Of a stretch of DNA of 64,000 nt, positions 53,714 through 64,000 are shown in pieces. Source of the DNA: the human T2T-CHM13v2.0 reference genome, Homo sapiens; the NCBI RefSeq assembly GCF_009914755.1, contig NC_060925.1. One strand, written 5' to 3'. Every line of letters begins with the position of its first letter. The stretch's first letter is position 1. The notes beneath the pieces are model-generated. The model made no database searches. It was not told the DNA's origin and saw nothing but the letters and a program-made list of their open reading frames with translations. The translations under genes were made by a program, and so were the position numbers.

Positions 53714-55752
53714 TCTAGCAGAATATGAAGAAATCCCGTTTCCAACGAAGGCCACAAGATGTCAGAATATCCACTTGCAGACTTTACAAACAGAGTGTTT
53801 CCTAACTGCTCAATGAACAGAAAGGTTAAACTCTGTGAGTTGAACGAACACATCACAACGCAGTTTGTGGGAATGATTCTGTCTAGTTTTGAAACGAAGA
53901 TATTTCCTTTTCTGCCGTTGACCTTAAAGCGCTTGAAATCTACACTTGCAAATTGCACAAATAGAGTGTTTCAAATCTGCTCTGTCTAAGGGAACGTTCA
54001 ACTCTGTGAGTTGAATGCACACAACACAAGGAAGTTACTGGGAATTCTTCTGTCTAGCCTTACATGAAAAAACCCGTTTCCAACGAAGGCCTCTAAGTGG
54101 TCAAAATATACACGTGCAGACTTTACAAACAGAGTGTTTCCAAACCGCTGAATGAAAAGAAAAGTTAAGCTCTGAGAGTTGAACGCACACATCACGCAGC
54201 AGTTTCTGAGAATGATTCTGTCTAGTTTTTATACGAAGATATTTCCTTTTCTGCCTTTGGCCCCAAAGCGCTTGAAATCTCCACTTGCAAATTCCACAAA
54301 AACAGTGTTTCAAATCTGCTCTCTCTAAATGAAAGTTCAACTCTGTCAGTTGAATACACACAACACAAGGAAGTTACTGAGAATTCTTCTGTCTAGCATA
54401 ATATGAAGAAATCCCGTTTCCAACGAAGGCCTCAAAGGGGTCTGAATATCCACTTGCAGACTTTATAAACAGAGTGTTTACTAACTGCTCTATGAAAAGA
54501 AAGGTTAAACTCTGTGAGTTGAACACACACATCACAAAGGAGTTTCTGAGAATCATTCTGTCTTGTTTCTATACGAAGATATTTCCTTTTCTAATATTGA
54601 CCTGAAAGCGGCTGAAATCTCCACTTGCAAATTCCACAAAAAGAGTGTTTCAAGTCTGCTCTGTGTAAAGGATCGTTCATCTCTGTGAGTTGAATACACA
54701 CAACACAAAGAAGTTACTGAGAATTCTTCTGTCTAGCAGAATAGGAAGAAATCCCGTTTCCAACGAAGGCCTCAAAGAGGTCTGAATATCCACTTGCAGA
54801 CTTTACAAACAGAGTGTTTCCTAACTGCTCTATGAAAAGAAAAGTTAAACTCTGTGAGTTGAACGCACACATCACAAAGGAGTTTATGAGAATCATTCTG
54901 TCTAGTCTTTATACGAAGATATTTCCTTTTCTACCATTGACCTCAAAGCGGCTGAAATCTCCACTTGCAAATTCCACAAAAAGAGTGTTTCAAGTCTGCT
55001 CTGTGTAAAGGATCGTTCAACTCTGTGAGTAGAATACACACAACACAAGGAAGTTACTGAGAATTCTTCTGTCTAGCAGAATATGAGGAAATCCCGTTTC
55101 CAACGAAGGCCTCAAGGAGGTCTGAATATCCACTTGCAGACTTTACAAACAGAGTGTTTCCTAACTGCTCTATGAACAGAAAGGTTAAACTCTGTGAGTT
55201 GAACGCACACATCACAAAGGAGTTTCTGAGAATCATTCTGTCTAGTCTTTATACGAAGATATTTACTTTTCTACCATTGACTTCAAAGCGGCTGAAATCT
55301 CCACTTGCAAATTCCACAAAAAGAGTGTTTCAAGTCTGCTCTGTGTAAAGGATCATTCACCTCTGTGAGTTGAATAAACACAACACAAGGAAGTTACTGA
55401 GAATTATTCTGTCTAGCATAATATGAAGAAATCTGGTTTCCAACGAAGGCCTCAAAGAGGTCTGAATATCCACTTGCAGACTTTACAAACAGAGTGTTTC
55501 CTAACTGCTCTATGAGAAGAAAAGTTAAACTCTGTGAGTTGAACGCACACATCACAAAAGATTTTCTGAGAATCATTCTGTCTAGTCTTTATATGAAGAT
55601 AGTTTCCTTTTCTACCATTGACCTCAAAGCGGCTGAAATCTCCACTTGCAAATTCCACAAAAAGAGTGTTTCAAGTCTGCTCTGTGTAAAGGATCGTTCA
55701 ACTCTGTGAGTTGAATACACACAACACAAGGAAGTTACTGAGAATTCTTCTG
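53714..55752 (-). repeat. HOR copy 21, 12-mer (A B C D/E F H)
   Basis: Spacing 2039 bp. Confidence 0.86.
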
Positions 55753-57791
55753 TCTAGCAGAAGATGAAGAAATCCCGTTTCCAACGAAGGCCACAAGATG
55801 TCAGAATATCCACTTGCAGACTTTACAAACAGAGTGTTTCCTAACTGCTCTAAGAACAGAAAGGTTAAACTCTGTGAGTTGAACGAACACATCACAACGC
55901 AGTTTGTGGGAATGATTCTGTCTAGTTTTGAAACGAAGATATTTCCTTTTCTGCCGTTGACCTTAAAGCGCTTGAAATCTACACTTGCAAATTGCACAAA
56001 TAGAGTGTTTCAAATCTGCTCTGTCTAAGGGAACGTTCAACTCTGTGAGTTGAATGCACACAACACAAGGAAGTTACTGGGAATTCTTCTGTCTAGCCTT
56101 ACATGAAAAAACCCGTTTCCAACGAAGGCCTCTAAGTGGTCAAAATATCCACGTGCAGACTTTACAAACAGAGTGTTTCCAAACCGCTGAATGAAAAGAA
56201 AAGTTAAACTCTGAGAGTTGAACGCACACATCACGCAGCAGTTTCTGAGAATGATTCTGTCTAGTTTTTATACGAAGATATTTCCTTTTCTGCCTTTGGC
56301 CCCAAAGCGCTTGAAATCTCCACTTGCAAATTCCACAAAAACAGTGTTTCAAATCTGCTCTCTCTAAATGAAAGTTCAACTCTGTCAGTTGAATACACAC
56401 AACACAAGGAAGCTACTGAGAATTCTTCTGTCTAGCATAATATGAAGAAATCCCGTTTCCAACGAAGGCCTCAAAGGGGTCTGAATATCCACTTGCAGAC
56501 TTCATAAACAGAGTGTTTACTAACTGCTCTATGAAAAGAAAGGTTAAACTCTGTGAGTTGAACACACACATCACAAAGGAGTTTCTGAGAATCATTCTGT
56601 CTAGTTTTTCTACGAAGATATTTCCTTTTCTACTATTGACCTGAAAGGGGCTGAAATCTCCACTTGCAAATTCCACAAAAAGAGTGTTTCAAGTCTGCTC
56701 TGTGTAAAGGATCGTTCAACTCTGTGAGTTGAATACACACAACACAAGGAAGTTACTGAGAATTCTTCTGTCTAGCAGAATAGGAAGAAATCCCGTTTCC
56801 AACGAAGGCCTCAAAGAGGTCTGAATATCCACTTGCAGACTTTACAAACAGAGTGTTTCCTAACTGCTCTATGAAAAGAAAAGTTAAACTCTGTGAGTTG
56901 AACGCACACATCACAAAGGAGTTTCTGAGAATCGTTCTGTCTAGTTTCTATAGGAAGATATTTCCTATTCTACCATTGACCTCAAAGCGGCTGAAATCTC
57001 CACTTGCAAATTCCACAAAAAGAATGTTTCAAGTCTGCTCTGTGTAAAGGATCGTTCAACTCTGTGAGTTGAATACACACAACACAAGGAAGTTACTGAG
57101 AATTATTCTGTCTAGCATAATATGAAGAAATCCCGTTTCCAACGAAGGCCTCAAAGAAGTCTGAATATCCACTTGCAGACTTTACAAACAGAGTGTTTCC
57201 TAACTGCTCTATGAAAAGAAAAGTTAAACTCTGTGAGTTGAACGCACACATCACAAAGGAGTTTCTGAGAATCATTCTGTCTAGTCTTTATACGAAGATA
57301 TTTCCTTTTCTACCATTGACCTCAAAGCGGCTGAAATCTCCACTTGCAAATTCCACAAAAAGAGTGTTTCAAGTCTGCTCTGTGTAAAGGATCGTTCAAC
57401 TCTGTGAGTAGAATACACACAACACAAGGAAGTTACTGAGAATTCTTCTGTCTAGCAGAATATGAAGAAATCCCGTTTCCAACGAAGGCCTCAAGGAGGT
57501 CTGAATATCCACTTGCAGACTTTACAAACAGAGTGTTTCCTAACTGCTCTATGAACAGAAAGGTTAAACTCTGTGAGTTGAACGCACACATCACAAAGGA
57601 GTTTCTGAGAATCATTCTGTCTAGTCTTTATATGAAGATAGTTTCCTTTTCTACCATTGACCTCAAAGCGGCTGAAATCTCCACTTGCAAATTCCACAAA
57701 AAGAGTGTTTCAAGTCTGCTCTGTGTAAAGGATCGTTCAACTCTGTGAGTTGAACACACAGAACACAAGGAAGTTACTGAGAATTCTTCTG
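55753..57791 (-). repeat. HOR copy 22, 12-mer (A B C D E F/H)
   Basis: Spacing 2039 bp. Confidence 0.86.
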
Positions 57792-59491
57792 TCTAGCAGA
57801 AGATGAAGAAATCCCGTTTCCAACGAAGGCCTCAAGATGTCAGAATATCCACTTGCAGACTTTACAAACAGAGTGTTTCCTAACTGCTTTATGAACAGAA
57901 AGGTTAAACTCTGTGAGTTGAACGAACACATCACAACGCAGTTTGTGGGAATGATTCTGTCTAGTTTTGAAACGAAGATATTTCCTTTTCTGCCGTTGAC
58001 CTTAAAGAGCTTGAAAACTACACTTGCAAATTGCACAAATAGAGTGTTTCAAATCTGCTCTGTCTAAGGGAACGTTCAACTCTGTGAGTTGAATGCACAC
58101 AACACAAGGAAGTTACTGGGAATTCTTCTGTCTAGCCTTACATGAAAAAAACCCGTTTCCAGCGAAGGCCTCTAAGTGGTCAAAATATCCACGTGCAGAC
58201 TTTACAAACAGAGTGTTTCCAAACCGCTGAATGAAAAGAAAAGTTAAACTCTGAGAGTTCAACGCACACATCACGCAGCAGTTTCTGAGAATGATTCTGT
58301 CTAGTTTTTATACGAAGATATTTCCTTTTCTGCCTTTGGCCCCAAAGCGCTTGAAATCTCCACTTGCAAATTCCACAAAAACAGTGTTTCAAATCTGCTC
58401 TCTCTAAATGAAAGTTCAACTCTGTCAGTTGAATACACACAACACAAGGAAGTTACTGAGAATTCTTCTGTCTAGCATAATATGAAGAAATCCCGTTTCC
58501 AACGAAGGCCTCAAAGGGGTCTGAATATCCACTTGCAGACTTCATAAACAGAGTGTTTACTAACTGCTCTATGAAAAGAAAAGTTAAACTCTGTGAGTTG
58601 AACGCACACATCACAAAGGAGTTTATGAGAATCATTCTGTCTAGTCTTTATACGAAGATATTTCCTTTTCTACCATTGACCTCAAAGCGGCTGAAATCTC
58701 CACTTTCAAATTCCACAAAAAGAGTGTTTCAAGTCTTCTCTGTGTAAAGGATCGTTCAACTCTGTGAGTAGAATACACACAACACAAGGAAGTTACTGAG
58801 AATTCTTCTGTCTAGCAGAATATGAAGAAATCCCGTTTCCAACGAAGGCCTCAAGGAGGTCTGAATATCCACTTGCAGACTTTACAAACAGAGTGTTTCC
58901 TAACTGCTCTATGAAAAGAAAGGTTAAACTCTGTGAGTTGAACGCACACATCACAAAGGAGTTTATTAGAATCATTCTGTCTAGTTTCTATAAGAAGATA
59001 TTTCCTATTCTACCATTGACCTCAAAGCGGCTGAAATCTCCACTTGCAAATTCCACAAAAAGAGTGTTTCAAGCCTGCTCTCTGTAAAGGATCCTTCAAC
59101 TCTGTGAGTTGAATACACACAACACAAGGAAGTTACTGAGAATTATTCTGTCTAGCATAATATGAAGAAATCCCGTTTCCAACGAAGGCCTCAAAGAGGT
59201 CTGAATATCCACTTGCAGACTTTACAAACAGAGTGTTTCCTAACTGCTCTATGAGAAGAAAAGTTAAACTCTGTGAGTTGAACGCACACATCACAAAAGA
59301 TTTTCTGAGAATCATTCTGTCTAGTCTTTATATGAAGATAGTTTCCTTTTCTACCATTGACCTCAAAGCGGCTGAAATCTCCACTTGCAAATTCCACAAA
59401 AAGAGTGTTTCAAGTCTGCTCTGTGTAAAGGATCGTTCAACTCTGTGAGTTGAATACACACAACACAAGGAAGTTACTGAGAATTCTTCTG
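57792..59491 (-). repeat. HOR copy 23, 10-mer (A B C/E G H)
   Basis: Spacing 1700 bp. Confidence 0.86.
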
Positions 59492-62210
59492 TCTAGCAGA
59501 ATATGAAGAAATCCCGTTTCCAACGAAGGCCACAAGATGTCAGAATATCCACTTGCAGACTTTACAAACAGAGTGTTTCCTAACTGCTCTATGAACAGAA
59601 AGGTTAAACTCTGTGAGTTGAACGAACACATCACAACGCAGTTTGTGGGAATGATTCTGTCTAGTTTTGAAACGAAGATATTTCCTTTTCTGCCGTTGAC
59701 CTTAAAGCGCTTGAAATCTACACTTGCAAATTGCACAAATAGAGTGTTTCAAATCTGCTCTGTCTAAGGGAACGTTCAACTCTGTGAGTTGAATGCACAC
59801 AACACAAGGAAGTTACTGGGAATTCTTCTGTCTAGCCTTACATGAAAAAACCCGTTTCCAACGAAGGCCTCTAAGTGGTCAAAATATCCACGTGCAGACT
59901 TTACAAACAGAGTGTTTCCAAACCGCTGAATGAAAAGAAAAGTTAAGCTCTGAGAGTTGAACGCACACATCACGCAGCAGTTTCTGAGAATGATTCTGTC
60001 TAGTTTTTATACGAAGATATTTCCTTTTCTGCCTTTGGCCCCAAAGCGCTTGAAATCTCCACTTGCAAATTCCACAAAAACAGTGTTTCAAATCTGCTCT
60101 CTCTAAATGAAAGTTCAACTCTGTCAGTTGAATACACACAACACAAGGAAGTTACTGAGAATTCTTCTGTCTAGCATAATATGAAGAAATCCCGTTTCCA
60201 ACGAAGGCCTCAAAGGGGTCTGAATATCCACTTGCAGACTTTATAAACAGAGTGTTTACTAACTGCTCTATGAAAAGAAAGGTTAAACTCTGTGAGTTGA
60301 ACACACACATCACAAAGGAGTTTCTGAGAATCATTCTGTCTAGTTTTTCTACGAAGATATTTCCTTTTCTACTATTGACCTGAAAGCGGCTGAAATCTCC
60401 ACTTGCAAATTCCACAAAAAGAGTGTTTCAAGTCTGCTCTGTGTAAAGGATCGTTCAACTCTGTGAATTGAATACACACAACACAAGGAAGTTACTGAGA
60501 ATTCTTCTGTCTAGCAGAATAGGAAGAAATCCCGTTTCCAACGAAGGCCTCAAAGAGGTCGGAATATCCACTTGCAGACTTTACAAACAGAGTGTTTCCT
60601 AACTGTTCTATGAAAAGAAAAGTTAAACTCTGTGAGTTGAACGCACACATCACAAAGGCGTTTCTGAGAATCGTTCTGTCTAGTTTCTATAGGAAGATAT
60701 TTCCTATTCTACCATTGACCTCAAAGCGGCTGAAATCTCCACTTGCAAATTCCACAAAAAGAATGTTTCAAGTCTGCTCTGTGTAAAGGATCGTTCAACT
60801 CTGTGAGTTGAATACACACAACACAAGGAAGTTACTGAGAATTATTCTGTCTAGCATAATATGAAGAAATCCCGTTTCCAACGAAGGCCTCAAAGAGGTC
60901 TCAATATCCACTTGCACACTTTACAAACAGAGTGTTTCCTAACTGCTCTATGAAAAGAAAAGTTAAACTCTGTGAGTTGAACGCACACATCACAAAGGAG
61001 TTTATGAGAATCATTCTGTCTAGTCTTTATACGAAGATATTTCCTTTTCTACCATTGATCTCAAAGCGGCTGAAATCTCCACTTGCAAATTCCACAAAAA
61101 GAGTGTTTCAAGTCTGCTCTGTGTAAAGGATCGTTCAACTCTGTGAGTAGAATACACACAACACAAGGAAGTTACTGAGAATTCTTCTGTCTAGCAGAAT
61201 ATGAAGAAATCCCGTTTCCAATGAAGACCTCAAGGAGGTCTGAATATCCCCTTGCAGACTTTACAAACAGAGTGTTTCCTAACTGCTCTATGAACAGAAA
61301 GGTTAAACTCTGTGAGTTGAACGCACACATCACAAAGGAGTTTCTGAGAATCATTCTGTCTAGTCTTTATACGAAGATATTTTCTTTTCTACCATTGACT
61401 TCAAAGCGGCTGAAATCTCCACTTGCAAATTCCACAAAAAGAGTGTTTCAAGTCTGCTCTGTGTAAAGGATCATTCAACTCTGTGAGTTGAATAAACACA
61501 ACACAAGGAAGTTACTGAGAATTCTTCTGTCTAGCAGAATATGAAGAAATCCCGTTTCCAACGAAGGCCTCAAGGAGGTCTGAATATCCACTTGCAGACT
61601 TTACAAACAGAGTGTTTCCTAACTGCTCTATGAAAAGAAAGGTTAAACTCTGTGAGTTGAACGCACACATCACAAAGGAGTTTATGAGAATCATTCTGTC
61701 TAGTTTCTATAAGAAGATATTTCCTATTCTACCATTGACCTCAAAGCGGCTGAAATCTCCACTTGCAAATTCGACAAAAAGAGTGTTTCAAGCCTGCTCT
61801 CTGTAAAGGATCCTTCAACTCTGTGAGTTGAATACACACAACACAAGGAAGTTACTGAGAATTATTCTGTCTAGCATAATATGAAGAAATCCCGTTTCCA
61901 ACGAAGGCCTCAAAGAGGTCTGAATATCCACTTGCAGACTTTACAAACAGAGTGTTTCCTAACTGCTCTATGAGAAGAAAAGTTAAACTCTGTGAGTTGA
62001 ACGCACACATCACAAAAGATTTTCTGAGAATCATTCTGTCTAGTCTTTATATGAAGATAGTATCCTTTTCTACCATTGACCTCAAAGCGGCTGAAATCTC
62101 CACTTGCAAATTCCACAAAAAGAGTGTTTCAAGTCTGCTCTGTGTAAAGGATCGTTCAACTCTGTGAGTTGAATACAAACAACACAAGGAAGTTACTGAG
62201 AATTCTTCTG
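59492..62210 (-). repeat. HOR copy 24, canonical 16-mer
   Basis: Spacing 2719 bp. Confidence 0.9.
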
Positions 62211-63909
62211 TCTAGCAGAATATGAAGAAATCCCGTTTCCAACGAAGGCCACAAGATGTCAGAATATCCACTTGCAGACTTTACAAACAGAGTGTTTCCT
62301 AACTGCTCTATGAACAGAAAGGTTAAACTCTGTGAGTTGAACGAACTCATCACAACGCAGTTTGTGGGAATGATTCTGTCTAGTTTTGAAACGAAGATAT
62401 TTCCTTTTCTGCCGTTGACCTTAAAGCGCTTGAAATCTACACTTGCAAATTGCACAAATAGAGTGTTTCAAATCTGCTCTGTCTAAGGGAACGTTCAACT
62501 CTGTGAGTTGAATGCACACAACACAAGGAAGTTACTGGGAATTCTTCTGTCTAGCCTTACATGAAAAAACCCGTTTCCAACGAAGGCCTCTAAGTGGTCA
62601 AAATATTCACGTGCAGACTTTACAAACAGAGTGTTTCCAAACCGCTGAATGAAGAGAAAAGTTAAACTCTGAGAGTTGAACGCACACATCACGCAGCAGT
62701 TTCTGAGAATGATTCTGTCTAGTTTTTATACGAAGATATTTCCTTTTCTGCCTTTGGCCCCAAAGCGCTTGAAATCTCCACTTGCAAATTCCACAAAAAC
62801 AGTGTTTCAAATCTGCTCTCTCTAAATGAAAGTTCAACTCTGTCAGTTGAATACACACAACACAAGGAAGTTACTGAGAATTCTTCTGTCTAGCATAATA
62901 TGAAGAAATCCCGTTTCCAACGAAGGCCTCAAAGGGGTCTGAATATCCACTTGCAGACTTCATAAACAGAGTGTTTACTAACTGCTCTATGAAAAGAAAG
63001 GTTAAACTCTGTGAGTTGAACACACACATCACAAAGGAGTTTCTGAGAATCATTCTGTCTAGTTTTTCTACGAAGATATTTCCTTTTCTACTATTGACCT
63101 CAAAGCGGCTGAAATCTCCACTTGCAAATTCCACAAAAAGAGTGTTTCAAGTCTGCTCTGTGTAAAGGATCGTTCAACTCTGTGAGTTGAATACACACAA
63201 CACAAGGAAGTTACTGAGAATTCTTCTGTCTAGCAGAATATGAAGAAATCCCGTTTCCAACGAAGGCCTCAAGGAGGTCTGAATATCCACTTGCAGACTT
63301 TACAAACAGAGTGTTTCCTAACTGCTCTATGAAAAGAAAGGTTAAACTCTGTGAGTTGGACGCACACATCACAAAGGAGTTTATGAGAATCATTCTGTCT
63401 AGTTTCTATAAGAAGATATTTCCTCTTCTACCATTGACCTCAAAGCGGCTGAAATCTCCATTTGCAAATTCGACAAAAAGAGTGTTTCAAGCCTGCTCTC
63501 TGTAAAGGATCCTTCAACTCTGTGAGTTGAATACACACAACACAAGGAAGTTACTGAGAATTCTTCTGTCTAGCAGAATATGAAGAAATCCCGTTTCCAA
63601 CGAAGGCCTCAAAGAGGTATGCATATCCACTTGCAGACTTTACAAACAGAGTGTTTCCTAACTGCTCTATGAGAAGAAAAGTTAAACTCTGTGAGTTGAA
63701 CGCACACATCACAAAAGATTTTCTGAGAATCATTCTGTCTAGTCTTTATATGAAGATAGTTTCCTTTTCTACCATTGACCTCAAAGCGGCTGAAATCTCC
63801 ACTTGCAAATTCCACAAAAAGAGTGTTTCAAGTCTGCTCTGTGTAAAGGATCGTTCAACTCTGTGAGTTGAATACACACAACACAAGGAAGTTACTGAGA
63901 ATTCTTCTG
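62211..63909 (-). repeat. HOR copy 25, 10-mer (A B C G H); copy 26 begins at 63910 and is truncated by the window
   Basis: Spacing 1699 bp. Confidence 0.88.
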
Positions 63910-64000
63910 TCTAGCAGAATATGAAGAAATCCCGTTTCCAACGAAGGCCACAAGATGTCAGAATATCCACTTACAGACTTTACAAACAGAGTGTTTCCTA

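Larger units (their letters stand above)
1..64000 (-). repeat. Alpha-satellite higher-order repeat array, SF1 (J1/J2 dimeric), probably the chr1/5/19 live family (D1Z7/D5Z2/D19Z3)
   Basis: Continuous tandem periodicity: TCTAG anchors at 679, 848 and 1019 give 169+171=340 bp. GAATTC occurs once in most dimers and a CENP-B box every 340 bp. The reverse complement reads as the classical alphoid monomer (CATTCTCAGAAACTCCTTTGTGATGTGTG...). Alpha-satellite/SF1 is near-certain; the 1/5/19 assignment is from recognition (about 0.75). Confidence 0.98.

Noticed and set aside
46-63866. Hundreds of 60-105 aa ORFs on both strands (MFPNCSMKRKVKLCELN..., MILRNSFVMCAFNSQS...)
   Set aside because: They recur every 340 bp as translations of the satellite, overlap in several frames, are freely broken by stops and frameshifts, and show no recognisable domain. 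They are not genes.
1-64000. CRISPR-like or other repeat-spacer array
   Set aside because: There are no unique spacers; the whole unit is repeated, and there are no cas-like ORFs.
1-64000. Transposon insertion (L1/Alu), inversion or non-satellite island
   Set aside because: The 340-bp register and orientation hold throughout; 376 monomers account for the length to within small indels.
1-64000. HOR length series or SNV patterns as an encoded message, or a novel programmed system
   Set aside because: The patterns are adequately explained by duplication, deletion and conversion in a tandem array. Nothing in the sequence supports a new functional system.
1-64000. Assignment to one chromosome or to the kinetochore (CENP-A/hypomethylated) domain
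   Set aside because: The chr1/5/19 arrays are too similar to separate by eye, and kinetochore position is epigenetic. It needs alignment and chromatin data.

Overview
The whole 64 kb window is one uninterrupted, single-orientation array of primate (almost certainly human) centromeric alpha-satellite DNA. It holds about 376 monomers of ~170 bp, paired as 340-bp (169+171) EcoRI-type dimers of suprachromosomal family 1 (SF1), with a CENP-B box in every second monomer. The conventional monomer strand is the minus strand. The sequence best fits the live higher-order repeat (HOR) family shared by chromosomes 1/5/19 (D1Z7/D5Z2/D19Z3); the chromosome cannot be fixed by eye. I label the dimer types A-H. 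A and B form a divergent tetramer, and C-H are six near-identical dimers told apart by a few SNVs. The modal HOR is a ~2.72-kb 16-mer (A-B-C-D-E-F-G-H), but the 25 complete copies range from 8 to 24 monomers. All ORFs in the track are repeat artefacts, and I found no genes, mobile elements, CRISPR arrays or novel protein-coding system. The interest lies in array evolution: a hidden ~14.3-kb super-duplication, dimer-phased structural variation around an invariant tetramer, interleaved HOR haplotypes, reciprocal slippage indels, mutation-dense blocks and a few broken CENP-B boxes.
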